Positions 34,077 through 44,051 of a DNA stretch of 64,000 bases are shown here, piece after piece. The notes below the pieces were generated by a model, which saw nothing but the letters and a program-made list of their open reading frames with translations, was not told the origin of the DNA and made no database searches. The stretch's first letter is position 1, and every line of letters starts with the position of its first letter. The stretch is from a virus, in the IMG/VR virus record IMGVR_UViG_3300032267_001142, positions 122,106 through 186,105 of that record. One strand, given 5' to 3'. Made by a program: the position numbers and the translations under genes.

Positions 34077-34502
34077 ATGAACAACCAAGAAGACATCAAC
34101 GTCGGTGATAAGGTCGTGTGTATCGCTGGACACTATTTCAAATTTCAACTGCTGAAATCGACGGTAGCTTACTCTGTAAAAAGTGTTTCAGAAGAGGGAA
34201 ATATCACCCTAGAAGAGACAGGAAACTTCCTGTTCCCTAAGAAATGCTTCAAAAAATTCAAAGCTCGACTCGCGAAGGGTGTAAAGAGAGGAACACCCGA
34301 AGAGTTCGCCGATAACCTCGCTAAGCAAAAAGAAGAGACGCTAGCGCGCCTCTCTGAGCTAGGAATAGAGTGGGAAGTCGCGAGCGATGAAGGTGATAAG
34401 CAGGAAGCGGAGCGTCTTATGTCCCATATCGACTTCCTTCTTGAGAAACTTCACGTAATCAATTCCTCTCCTAATGGCACTAGCACCGACCAAGAAGGCT
34501 AA
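34077..34502 (+). CDS. Hypothetical protein
   Basis: ORF. Confidence 0.55.
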   Translation: MNNQEDINVGDKVVCIAGHYFKFQLLKSTVAYSVKSVSEEGNITLEETGNFLFPKKCFKKFKARLAKGVKRGTPEEFADNLAKQKEETLARLSELGIEWEVASDEGDKQEAERLMSHIDFLLEKLHVINSSPNGTSTDQEG

Positions 34503-34962
34503 ATTTTTAGTTGACCTCGCCAGAGGTAAAGCGGGCGAAGAGTTGGTTGCCAAAACGCTATTACCTTTCTATGGTGCTAAAGAAGCCGTTACTGATTCTT
34601 CGGCGACGCATGATTTGACTTTTATTCTCGCTGACGATGCTCGGCATAAAGTTGAGGTCAAGGTTGACTTTTTGGCCGGTAAGACAGGCAATGTCTTTAT
34701 CGAATACCTTTGTTCCAAAAAGCAATCAGGCATTCTTGCTACCACAGCGCAGGATTGGGCGATTGTGGTCCCCGATAAGAATGCAATTTATGTTTTCTGC
34801 CCAAAGCTTTTAGTTCAGGCGATTGAGAAATCTTCGGTCAAGTTTCGTCAAGTATCAGGAGGCGATAGGTATGCAACGCGTGGTTGGTTAGTGCCTCTGG
34901 AGGAACTTGAGAAAATGCAGTTTTGTACGAAACTTCCTGCGGAATGCTCTGCTCAGGTGTAG
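34474..34962 (+). CDS. PD-(D/E)xK nuclease-like protein
   Basis: HDL..EVKVD..TGNVFIEY..SGILATTAQDW. Confidence 0.7.
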   Translation: MALAPTKKAKFLVDLARGKAGEELVAKTLLPFYGAKEAVTDSSATHDLTFILADDARHKVEVKVDFLAGKTGNVFIEYLCSKKQSGILATTAQDWAIVVPDKNAIYVFCPKLLVQAIEKSSVKFRQVSGGDRYATRGWLVPLEELEKMQFCTKLPAECSAQV

Positions 34963-35054
34963 TAGAGTGAAAGCTTCGTCAATCGCAGGTTTCAAGGTCA
35001 AAATCGTCGCCGATAAAGCTGGACGACGCAGCAAAGCCTGTCATATTCACTTAC

Positions 35055-37205
35055 ATGATTCCTACCACTTCCGACGTGCCGAAAGTCTCTAGCTTCGGTC
35101 TCGCTTCTGCTCCGGTATCTTTCTCGATTCAGGCGAACAAAGCGGCATTCAAGATTTTGTCTAGCAATGTCTATACTGACAAAATCCTTGCCGTGTGCCG
35201 AGAGCTGTTCACTAATGGCTGGGACGCGCACATCGTAGCAGGAAACACAGACAAGGCTATCAAAGTCCATTTGCCTAATGCTCTGGAGCCTTTCTTTAGC
35301 ATTCGCGACTTTGGAACCGGCCTTAGTCACGAGAACATGGAGGTTTTGTATAGCACTTATTTTTCTTCGACTAAGCGAGACAACAACTCCCAAACTGGAT
35401 GCCTCGGCATCGGAAGCAAAAGCCCATTCGCTTATACTGATTCATTTGAGGTAGTCTCCTATTATGATGGAAGAAAGCGTGTGTATGTGGCTTTTACCGG
35501 CGACGACGGAGCACCAAAACTAAACCTTCTTAACGACGAAGACACGGAGGAAGATAATGGATTGGAAATTATCATCAGTGTCAACGCAACTGACTATTCT
35601 TCATTTTCTGAAAAGCTCGCACAGGCTACGCGGTTCTTTCCTCTGCCTCCCGAAGTCGTCGGTGCCGCGAACTGGACTCCAGCGAGGTTGCCCGACAAGA
35701 CAATTGCGAGCGGCGAAGGGTGGGCAATTTACCCACACTATTTGAACAACATCAGGGGCGCGACGGTAGTGATGGGCAACATCGGCTATCCGATTAGCAA
35801 TCTATACAGTCAGTCCGCAATTTCCCATACGCGGGGCGTCGATGATGTAATCAAAGCTCTTCTTGCCTCACCGTTGGTAGTCCGTGCCCCGCTCGGTTCC
35901 TTGGATATTGCGGCATCTCGTGAAGAGTTGTCTTTTGACCCAAAGACAGTCGCGACCCTGCGCGAGCTTCTATTGAAGGTCGCAGAGGACTTTAAGGTTC
36001 AGCTAGTTAAGGGGTTGAATTTGCTGCCGTGTCTTTGGGACGTAAGGAGCGAGATTTTGAAAATTACACGAGGTAATTGGTCACTTCGTACGGTTATTGA
36101 GCACGAAGTAGTGAAAGGCACAACGATTAAAGACCTTTTGAATGCTTACTTTTCCTGTAATGGCACCCAGCACGTAACGCATTCGACGCGAAACCAATCA
36201 GGAATCAAAATCACTAAACGCTCTTCTTATGTCGGCGCGAATGATGGCACGGTCTTTCTCTATAGGAAGCCTACTGATACTAAAGTTATGTCGCGTATTG
36301 GCGCTTTCTTTAGCAAATCTTCGGAAAACGCCGCCAAGAGCATCATTCTAATCAACGGCGATGAAGTTAGCGAACAAGAAGCTATCAACGCATTCAAAAT
36401 CACGCCCGCGCACATAATTCAAGTATCTTCACTGGATGTTCCCGCCCGCGCAATTCATTCCTATACCGGCGTCACGCCCACCGTCAGGTCCGTTGGCAAT
36501 AATTTCTTTCAGTTCAGCGTTACTAATAACGTAGCTCATCAAAAAATGAGTAAAGCCGTCATTGACAAGTCTGTTCCTGAATTTTTCGTAATACACGAGG
36601 GCGGTCGGTGTCTCGGTTCGAGAGGTTGGTGGGCTGATACGCTTCGTTTGGTTCCTTGGACTTCCGCCATCCGTGATTTCGGACTTGACGAACTGCTGAC
36701 TAAGCGGGTGTTTTTAGTCACGAAGACTCAAGCAGAATCACTAAAAGAAGAAAACCCTGCGTGGACTAGCTTTGGCGAGTATGTCGTTACAAAACTTGAC
36801 ACCTTCGCAAAGACTCAGCCCGATTACGAGCCGCGACTTGCGATTGCGAAACGTATCCCAAGTGGTCGTGGATTAGTCATCTCAATTTTCCAATCGTTCA
36901 AGAAAGCTGGGATTCCTCTTCCGTCCGCTTATGCTGGACTTGAGGATAAGATACTTGACTATTACGGAACTAGCTCTTCTCCAGCTTGGAAGAACCTTGT
37001 CCTGTGTTATCAGCGACTATCAAATTCCGACTATTCTTATGCGCCGAAGCTATGGGCAGATGCCAATAGAGATGTCTATTCTCGTTTGTTTAACGATTAT
37101 CCGTTGCTGAGCGTCATGGAAGGATATCGTCTATCTGAAAAGGCTATCGACGATATTCGTGATTACATGATAGCCTTGGACAAAATGCGCTCGACAAAAT
37201 CCTAA
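35055..37205 (+). CDS. rIIA: rIIA lysis-inhibitor protein
   Basis: GHKL-like N-terminus (RELFTNGWDAH, IRDFGTGL, GCLGIGSKSPFAY), paired with rIIB. Confidence 0.9.
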   Translation: MIPTTSDVPKVSSFGLASAPVSFSIQANKAAFKILSSNVYTDKILAVCRELFTNGWDAHIVAGNTDKAIKVHLPNALEPFFSIRDFGTGLSHENMEVLYSTYFSSTKRDNNSQTGCLGIGSKSPFAYTDSFEVVSYYDGRKRVYVAFTGDDGAPKLNLLNDEDTEEDNGLEIIISVNATDYSSFSEKLAQATRFFPLPPEVVGAANWTPARLPDKTIASGEGWAIYPHYLNNIRGATVVMGNIGYPISNLYSQSAISHTRGVDDVIKALLASPLVVRAPLGSLDIAASREELSFDPKTVATLRELLLKVAEDFKVQLVKGLNLLPCLWDVRSEILKITRGNWSLRTVIEHEVVKGTTIKDLLNAYFSCNGTQHVTHSTRNQSGIKITKRSSYVGANDGTVFLYRKPTDTKVMSRIGAFFSKSSENAAKSIILINGDEVSEQEAINAFKITPAHIIQVSSLDVPARAIHSYTGVTPTVRSVGNNFFQFSVTNNVAHQKMSKAVIDKSVPEFFVIHEGGRCLGSRGWWADTLRLVPWTSAIRDFGLDELLTKRVFLVTKTQAESLKEENPAWTSFGEYVVTKLDTFAKTQPDYEPRLAIAKRIPSGRGLVISIFQSFKKAGIPLPSAYAGLEDKILDYYGTSSSPAWKNLVLCYQRLSNSDYSYAPKLWADANRDVYSRLFNDYPLLSVMEGYRLSEKAIDDIRDYMIALDKMRSTKS

Positions 37206-37226
37206 AAGCTGAGAAACTAGAAAAAC

Positions 37227-37736
37227 ATGCACCTACTCCCTACTATTGTTGGCGACATCCTCGACCCGTCTTTGAATATCGACTGCATTTTGCATCAAGC
37301 GAATATCTACCACAGGTTCGGCGGCGGATTGGCGGCGCAAATCGCCAAGCGCTATCCAGAGGCACTGGAAGCAGACCGTGCGACGGGCTATGGAGACGAA
37401 TCCAAACTAGGCTCTTTCTCTGTGGCACGCGTGCCGGTCGCCGATGAAGTTTCGGGCGCGACTGTAAGCGAGCTTCGTATCTTCAACATTTACTCCCAAA
37501 TTGGGATGAGCGAAACTTCCTACGACTACATGCGTATGGCCCTTGTCAAGGTCTCCGAACACTTGGAAGGTCTGAGGCTCGGCGAGTGGCGTGGGCAAAA
37601 ATATCGGGTCGCCATTCCTTACAATCTCGGATGCGGTATCGCCGATGGTAATTTCAATGTAGTGCAAGCTATCGTAAAAGAATATCTTGGGCATGACGGT
37701 TCGGTGTTTATCGTCAGGCGTCCGTGCGACTTTTAA
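37227..37736 (+). CDS. Macro domain protein
   Basis: GDIL..ILHQAN..FGGGLAAQIAKRYP..IPYNLGCGIADG. Confidence 0.85.
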   Translation: MHLLPTIVGDILDPSLNIDCILHQANIYHRFGGGLAAQIAKRYPEALEADRATGYGDESKLGSFSVARVPVADEVSGATVSELRIFNIYSQIGMSETSYDYMRMALVKVSEHLEGLRLGEWRGQKYRVAIPYNLGCGIADGNFNVVQAIVKEYLGHDGSVFIVRRPCDF

Positions 37737-37775
37737 TGCGTTGACTTCCGTTGCAAAACTCGATAAAATAACAAA

Positions 37776-38615
37776 ATGACCAACCCGACAAATCTAGCTT
37801 ACATCGTTTCCGGTAGCGGAATCATCTCAGGAACAGCAAAAGGCAAGCGCTTCTCCGTAGGTAAGGAGCACGCGAACTATTCGGTAATCATCGAAGCTCT
37901 GCGCGATAAGGACGCAGATAAGGTGTGTTCACTTGTGGATATTTCCGGCTCAGTGCTTTCGATGACGAAAGGAAAGTGCGAGGTCCAGAACGGCGTCGTG
38001 CTATACAACGGAAAGCAAATCGGCAACTCCGTTACTTACCGCATTATTTCCATGATGCGAACGGGTTTCGACTTTCAACCGATGCTACGGTTCTTGGAGA
38101 ACCTGATGAGCAATCCTTCGGAAACGGCACGCGAAGAGCTTTATCTGTTCCTTGAGGCGAACGAAATTCCTATCACCGAGGACGGGCATTTTCTCGCCTA
38201 CAAGAAGGTCAACGCGAACTTCTGTTCGATTCACCCATCTCCAGACGGAACGCATCTCGACCACTCTATCGGCAAGACGCCGAGTATGGACAGGAAAAGC
38301 GTTTGTGCTGACCGCGACCGCACTTGTTCGCAAGGGCTGCATTTCTGCTCGTTCTCCTATCTGTCCTCTTATGGCTCCGCGCCTAACGACAAGGTGGTAA
38401 TCGTGAAGATTAACCCCGCTGACGTAGTGAGTATTCCTTCCGATTATCGGAACGCGAAAGGACGTGCGTGGAGGTATGAAGTCGTCGCCGAGCACAAGGA
38501 AGAAGGCGAAGCTTTCGATATCGAAACCCCTGTTTATGTCGCCTCGTCAACCGAAGGGTTTAGGCCGAGCGGACCAAAGCGTGACAGCCGTGGCAGGTTC
38601 GTGACCGCCTCCTAA
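37776..38615 (+). CDS. rIIB: rIIB protein
   Basis: FLENLMSNPS..ELYLFLE..PITEDGHFLAYKKV..VSIPSDY..KGR..RYEVV. Confidence 0.9.
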   Translation: MTNPTNLAYIVSGSGIISGTAKGKRFSVGKEHANYSVIIEALRDKDADKVCSLVDISGSVLSMTKGKCEVQNGVVLYNGKQIGNSVTYRIISMMRTGFDFQPMLRFLENLMSNPSETAREELYLFLEANEIPITEDGHFLAYKKVNANFCSIHPSPDGTHLDHSIGKTPSMDRKSVCADRDRTCSQGLHFCSFSYLSSYGSAPNDKVVIVKINPADVVSIPSDYRNAKGRAWRYEVVAEHKEEGEAFDIETPVYVASSTEGFRPSGPKRDSRGRFVTAS

Positions 38616-38619
38616 TTCC

Positions 38620-39048
38620 ATGATTCAACTCTCATATTGTCACTACGGAAACGGACTAGCTATCAGTGCGGCTGGACCGATTGATAAAGTCACTCAAACC
38701 TTCAACCGCTTCGCTAATTTCGGGATTACGAACAGTGAACCTATCTGGCTTAACGAAGACAAACTCAGGGCGCTCGCTTATATCCTGACCGACCAGAAAA
38801 AGCTGCTTGACGGATTTACAGCAATGAAAGGGGCGGGACTTATTACGCGCTGTTTGAGCAAGCGTACGAAGTCGGACAGGCGGGACCGCCGCTATAAGGG
38901 GCAGAAAAAGGGAGTAATGCCCACCGCTAGGCAGAGGGCTTTGGAGTCCATCAGCAAGATTCCGAAAGGAGATTTTCTGGAGGATACCTCTAGTTCAGTA
39001 AGCTCTGTTTCCCTTTTGGGGGAAGAGCGCGGAGGTTTTGAAGAATAA
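38620..39048 (+). CDS. Hypothetical protein
   Basis: ORF. Confidence 0.5.
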   Translation: MIQLSYCHYGNGLAISAAGPIDKVTQTFNRFANFGITNSEPIWLNEDKLRALAYILTDQKKLLDGFTAMKGAGLITRCLSKRTKSDRRDRRYKGQKKGVMPTARQRALESISKIPKGDFLEDTSSSVSSVSLLGEERGGFEE

Positions 39049-39087
39049 GTGTGGCGCAGCGTGTAAATAAGAGTAACATCAAAAAAC

Positions 39088-39582
39088 ATGAGTGAAAAAG
39101 AAAAGTTTGTTGGCGCGGTGTCTGCTGGCGAGGTCGCCAAGGGACAAACATTGGCTATTCTAGGGTTCAGGGAAATTCGCCGCGAGGTCTTTATCAACGG
39201 CGAGTCTGTTTCGGTGGCGGAAAGGCCGGAAAATAACGCCGTGGTAGGCGTTCCCCTGAAAGTTCTTGCAAAAAGTGGGCCGATGACAGTGATGTCAAAT
39301 ATCTGCAATATCCCCAATCTGCCGTCGATTTTGACAGTGGATACGCGGATTGTGGAATTGACAGAAATCGGTAGCGATTATATTGCTGCCTTTCGTAAAG
39401 CCGTCAAGCTCGGCTCGCAGGAAGACAAACGGCGCTCAGGCGGCGATTCTGACGAAGACCTAGACCTGTCGTTGCGAGAGATTTTCGTTGACGGACCCAA
39501 GGAGCCTGCGGTAGATATTCCTATCCAACCCCCCAATACAGGCCAACATCCTTTCACTCTATTCGGAATAACGCGTAATTAA
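39088..39582 (+). CDS. Hypothetical protein
   Basis: ORF after the GTGTAAA motif (39061). Confidence 0.55.
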   Translation: MSEKEKFVGAVSAGEVAKGQTLAILGFREIRREVFINGESVSVAERPENNAVVGVPLKVLAKSGPMTVMSNICNIPNLPSILTVDTRIVELTEIGSDYIAAFRKAVKLGSQEDKRRSGGDSDEDLDLSLREIFVDGPKEPAVDIPIQPPNTGQHPFTLFGITRN

Positions 39583-39686
39583 TTTTCATGGCTATACTAA
39601 TTTTAGCAATCATTCTCGCGATTTTGATTCATCGAAAGCGGTAGAAAAAGATAGCCAAAGCGCAAAAGTCCTGTATAACTGAACAC

Positions 39687-39941
39687 ATGAAACAACTCCT
39701 ATTCTTCCTCGTATTTTCTGCCGCGCTTTCCTTTTCTGGATGCAGCGAAACTCCCAAAGCGTCGCCAGAAGTGGCGGCTCCGAAAGAAGACTTGGTTGAT
39801 TTGGAATCCACGGAAGTTTATCAATTCGCCATTCCGGGACGCTATTACGGAGGCCGCGTTCACTTCTTTGATAGGCATGGTAAGACCTTCGCCGTAGCTG
39901 TTACCTCGGAAGGCATTTCCATCATTCAGGTCCAGCAGTAA
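39687..39941 (+). CDS. Lipoprotein
   Basis: Lipobox FSGC. Confidence 0.6.
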   Translation: MKQLLFFLVFSAALSFSGCSETPKASPEVAAPKEDLVDLESTEVYQFAIPGRYYGGRVHFFDRHGKTFAVAVTSEGISIIQVQQ

Positions 39942-39955
39942 AAGCTGACTTGTTT

Positions 39956-40216
39956 ATGAGCGTTGTATACGAACCCAAATATGGCGAGCTGTCTTTCTCT
40001 TGTTATCAGGGGAGAATATACGTCAATTGGTGCTTGAGGACTCAAGAGGAATGCGATAAGCTGACCGAGAGATTTGAGCGTGAGTATCCGTTTATGTGTA
40101 TTCGGAAAGCCGAACAGCGCACCATCTGGATTGACCGAATGACGCCTTCTGGACGCGTATATTTCAGTCAGACTGGCGTATTCGACCCGTTCTATCTTTC
40201 TAAGTTCATCAAGTAA
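39956..40216 (+). CDS. Hypothetical protein
   Basis: ORF. Confidence 0.5.
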   Translation: MSVVYEPKYGELSFSCYQGRIYVNWCLRTQEECDKLTERFEREYPFMCIRKAEQRTIWIDRMTPSGRVYFSQTGVFDPFYLSKFIK

Positions 40217-40217
40217 C

Positions 40218-41474
40218 ATGGCTGAAACAATTACGCTAATCTTCGCCGATATTAAAGGCAACAATAATAAAATGTGGAAAGCCACATTGCATGATGACGA
40301 CAGCGTCATCAGCGAGTTTGGCCGAGTTGGTCTAGGAACGCAAAGGAAGGACTACGGGAAAGTCGGTAAGGTGTTCTTCGACAAAAAGGTCCGCGAGAAA
40401 ACCAAAAAGGGATACACGGAAGCCAAGACCGTAGATAATTCAGCATCCTCGACCAGTGCGGCTACGTCAAATAATCTGTTGCTGGATATCGCGAAGTCGC
40501 AAATCAAACTCGGCAGCGCGTCCCTTGAGCGGCTAATCGAACGTTTAGTCTCGTCGAATATCCACCGCATCACGTCTTCTACCCAAATCAATTACAACAC
40601 GTCAACAGGCGTGTTCAGCACACCTTTGGGAGTCGTAACGAAAGAGGGGATTACTGAGGCGCGAGACATCTTAGCGCAGATGGTCCCGCTAGTCTCCGCC
40701 AGAAATCACTCGTCATGCGTTGACCTAGCAAATAAGTATCTGCGCATTGTGCCTCAAAATTTAGGAATGAGGAAGCTTGATGTTTCGTGGCTATTTCCTG
40801 ATATTGCCGCAATTCAAAAGCAGCAAAGCGTTTTGGACTCTCTCGAATCTAGTCTTGACACGCTTAGCTCCAAACCCCTGAAAGATTCAGCATCGACAAA
40901 TAACGCGACCTACGAGAAGGTATTTGGCGCTTCTTTGAATATCTGCGGCGACGATAAGGTCCGCGCTCGTTTAGTAAAATGGTTTGAGAGTACAAAGAAG
41001 CCGATGCACGGATACGGAAGTGCCAAAGTCGCAGAGATTTACGAAGTGGACGTAGTGGACTATAACGCGGAATTTATTTCGGACCCCAATACTGTCGAGG
41101 TTTTTCATGGAACGTCTCAGGCTAATGTTCTTAGCGTGCTAAAGAGCGGCCTTTTGATTTCCCCTCCCAGCACCGCTGTTATTGCAGGGAAGTTATTTGG
41201 TAACGGGCTTTATGGTTCACAGACCTCGACGAAAAGCTTAGGATACGCTTTGGGTCGATGGGGCGCTAGCGTGGGTGATGCAGGATGGCTTTTCGTTTGT
41301 AATTTTGCGATGGGAAAGGCTTACTATCCAACGACTTACGGCATTTCTTCGGTGCCTGCGGGATTCGATTCTTGTTGGGCGCTGCCCGAGAAGACGAGGC
41401 TTCATAATGATGAGTTGATTGTCTATAGCAAGAATAGGATTCGTATGAATTACCTGCTGGAAGTGAAAGCTTAA
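40218..41474 (+). CDS. WGR-domain poly/mono(ADP-ribose) polymerase (PARP-like)
   Basis: WGR-like EFGRVG; catalytic FHGT..GKLFGNGLYG..KSLGY..DELIVY. Confidence 0.85.
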   Translation: MAETITLIFADIKGNNNKMWKATLHDDDSVISEFGRVGLGTQRKDYGKVGKVFFDKKVREKTKKGYTEAKTVDNSASSTSAATSNNLLLDIAKSQIKLGSASLERLIERLVSSNIHRITSSTQINYNTSTGVFSTPLGVVTKEGITEARDILAQMVPLVSARNHSSCVDLANKYLRIVPQNLGMRKLDVSWLFPDIAAIQKQQSVLDSLESSLDTLSSKPLKDSASTNNATYEKVFGASLNICGDDKVRARLVKWFESTKKPMHGYGSAKVAEIYEVDVVDYNAEFISDPNTVEVFHGTSQANVLSVLKSGLLISPPSTAVIAGKLFGNGLYGSQTSTKSLGYALGRWGASVGDAGWLFVCNFAMGKAYYPTTYGISSVPAGFDSCWALPEKTRLHNDELIVYSKNRIRMNYLLEVKA

Positions 41475-41517
41475 AAATACTCTTGCCGTATCCGCAAAAC
41501 CGTTTAGAGTTTGCGGT

Positions 41518-42930
41518 ATGAACAGCGGCAACAACATTCTTCTTATCGGAGCGGGGCAGTATGGACGCTCTTGTTACGTTAAGCACTTTTTGGAGCATTC
41601 CTACTCGGATGCCCGACTGGCGCTTATCGTTGACCTCGAAAAGGAACGCTCAAATATCGAGGCTTACGTGTCGCTCTTTCCTCAAGAAAAGCGTCCCGAG
41701 TGTATCTTCTTGCCCGCGCCCCTACAGTCTTCGGAACTGGCCACATTCCTTTCTTCGATAGAGCGTAACTTCGATTCGGTAATCATCAGCACCCCGCCCG
41801 AGGACAGGATGAACTATTTCCGCAATCTATTGCACATGGGCAAGAATATCCTGTGCGATAAGCCTTTGACCGCCCCCAAGAATATCAGCGTGGATGTTGA
41901 GGCTGCGCGTCTTTTTGTAAGTGAATACGAGGATGTTTGTTACGCCTATCGCCGAGCGCTTGCGGAGCGTCCGGACATTCGATTTGACGTGATGGTTCAG
42001 CGTCGCTATCATCCTGTTTTTCAGCTAATCCGTAACAAGCTTATGGAGGTTGCGGAATATACCGGATGCCCGCTTACTCATTTCCAAGGCACACACGCCG
42101 ATGGACAGTGGCGCACGCCGCAGGAAATCATTGATATTGATTATCATGGCTTCAATATCGGGCAGGGTAAGGCTAGTCATTCCGGCTATCACTTCTTTGA
42201 TATTGCGGCGTGGATGGTCGAGGGTTCTTTTGTAGCCGCTCGTCGTAACGAAGTGGATTCCGTGGAGGCTTATAGCGTTCCGTCACTTCCCCAAGATTAT
42301 TTCCGAGTGATGAATAACAATGTTCATCAGCGGACCCTACAGGGATACGCGCCTATTGATGAGGCTAAGTTTGCCGAAGCGACGAAGAACTTCGGAGAGA
42401 TTGACTGCAACGTCTCTTTGAACTTCAAGGCTGGCAATAACTCGATGGTCAATGGAAACCTGAACTTGCTGCATAATAGTTTCAGCGGTCGATACTGGAA
42501 TGAGCCTAATATGCAAGACCTGTATCGCGCTAATGGTCGTCTGCGTCAGGAATTGCATTACTTTGTTCAGGGACCGTTTCAGTCTATCTCTGTTGTTAGC
42601 CTGCGCGGATGTAGCAAGGTGCCCGTAGCGAAGCGTCTTGAGGAAGACTCAGCCAAGGAGCCCTTGGAAATCCACGTTTTCCGAAATACCGGAATTAACC
42701 GTAACTGGAAGGCTTACGAGCGTTTCACTATTGGCGATTTGATTCCTACACTTGAGATTCACGACGCTCACTTGGCGCACGCCCGCAATCTCTGTATTGA
42801 ACAATTCGTTCGTCGCGAAGGTGAAGTCTCGAATCTACTTACGCATTCAAATAGTGTGAATGTTATGGCCGCCGCGTGCGAAAGCATCGCGACTAAAAAG
42901 ATGGCGACCCGTTCTTTCTGGATTGGCTAA
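41518..42930 (+). CDS. Gfo/Idh/MocA-family oxidoreductase
   Basis: IGAGQYG Rossmann motif, ISTPP, CDKPL, SHSGYHFFD. Confidence 0.8.
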   Translation: MNSGNNILLIGAGQYGRSCYVKHFLEHSYSDARLALIVDLEKERSNIEAYVSLFPQEKRPECIFLPAPLQSSELATFLSSIERNFDSVIISTPPEDRMNYFRNLLHMGKNILCDKPLTAPKNISVDVEAARLFVSEYEDVCYAYRRALAERPDIRFDVMVQRRYHPVFQLIRNKLMEVAEYTGCPLTHFQGTHADGQWRTPQEIIDIDYHGFNIGQGKASHSGYHFFDIAAWMVEGSFVAARRNEVDSVEAYSVPSLPQDYFRVMNNNVHQRTLQGYAPIDEAKFAEATKNFGEIDCNVSLNFKAGNNSMVNGNLNLLHNSFSGRYWNEPNMQDLYRANGRLRQELHYFVQGPFQSISVVSLRGCSKVPVAKRLEEDSAKEPLEIHVFRNTGINRNWKAYERFTIGDLIPTLEIHDAHLAHARNLCIEQFVRREGEVSNLLTHSNSVNVMAAACESIATKKMATRSFWIG

Positions 42931-43017
42931 CATGATACCCAAAGGCTACAAGCGTCCCTAACAGATGAGTCCGTAGATTAAGATTTACATAGTCGAAAAC
43001 ATCACTAAGGTCATCAC

Positions 43018-43257
43018 ATGACATTCGAGGAAATTAAAATTTGGGCGCGAAAAATGACCGAAAAAGAGGGTCACGACTCGGAAGACGCGGCGAAAGCTTT
43101 AATTGGAGCATTACGGCTCGCGCAGTGCGCTCAGGACGAGCGAAGCTCTTGTCAAGCGCAAGCCGTGTACGGAAAGTATTTCGCGCACGTATGTCTAGCC
43201 GAAAAGAAGGCGAAAGTCTACCGTTTGTGCGTCGCTGCTGATATTGTTGTTGACTGA
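43018..43257 (+). CDS. Hypothetical protein
   Basis: ORF. Confidence 0.45.
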   Translation: MTFEEIKIWARKMTEKEGHDSEDAAKALIGALRLAQCAQDERSSCQAQAVYGKYFAHVCLAEKKAKVYRLCVAADIVVD

Positions 43258-43403
43258 AAGAGTCGGCAATACGCGGAAATCCGCCCTATCGAACTTTGTT
43301 AATCGTCGAGAAAACTGTTGACGACCGAAAATGCCCTGATACTTAGCGACGAAGTCTCATTGGCCGCTTACATTCTCGATTCTCAAAAATCTTCCTAAAA
43401 GGG

Positions 43404-43431
43404 TTGACGCCTCACAAAACTCAGATAGCCT
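43404..43431 (+). promoter_or_regulatory. Sigma70-like promoter
   Basis: TTGACG-N16-TAGCCT. Confidence 0.65.
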
Positions 43432-43440
43432 AGACTCAAC

Positions 43441-43695
43441 ATGAACACCAAACGCACACTCGTTATTCTCGCAGAAAGCAACATCATCAAGGAGCGCCTC
43501 ACGGAAACCGCATGGGGTCCGTTCAAGAGCATTCCCGAAGCAAGCTCTCTCGGCAAGGAAAAAATCAAGAGCCTCCGTTGGCGCGTGGCCTATCGCGTCG
43601 AACGCGAGCGTAAGAATGAACCCGATGAAGTCACCTACGAGTTCGTGGGTGGACTCAACGAACCCGAGCGCCGCGCCGTGAATTTCGCCGCTTAA
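43441..43695 (+). CDS. Hypothetical protein
   Basis: ORF with strong C-ending codon bias. Confidence 0.6.
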   Translation: MNTKRTLVILAESNIIKERLTETAWGPFKSIPEASSLGKEKIKSLRWRVAYRVERERKNEPDEVTYEFVGGLNEPERRAVNFAA

Positions 43696-43771
43696 TTCTC
43701 TTCACAAAAAGCAAAAACCTACTACTCTCAAAAACGTAACAGTAAAACCAAACATCGAAAACTAAACTCCA

Positions 43772-44020
43772 ATGCCTACTCCCGCTAAAACCGCTAAGCC
43801 CTCGTCCAACGTCGCCGCCCGCATCGCAGGCGATAACGTTCATCTGACGCTTCCCAAGTCCGCTCTTGAGCGTATCAAGGCGAAGACTGGAGCGCCGCTA
43901 CAGTTCGTCGTCGTCGGTAACACGATTCAGATTCTCGTCGGTAGCGACAAGAGCCTGACGCACGAAATGCCTGTCGTCTCCGCTGACGACGTTGCCGACC
44001 AGTTCATCGCCGTCGCCTAA
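43772..44020 (+). CDS. AbrB/MazE-like DNA-binding protein
   Basis: LTLPKSALERIKAKTGAPLQFVVVGNTIQI. Confidence 0.55.
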   Translation: MPTPAKTAKPSSNVAARIAGDNVHLTLPKSALERIKAKTGAPLQFVVVGNTIQILVGSDKSLTHEMPVVSADDVADQFIAVA

Positions 44021-44051
44021 GTATCAACCGTCTAGTTTAACACTCACTCTT

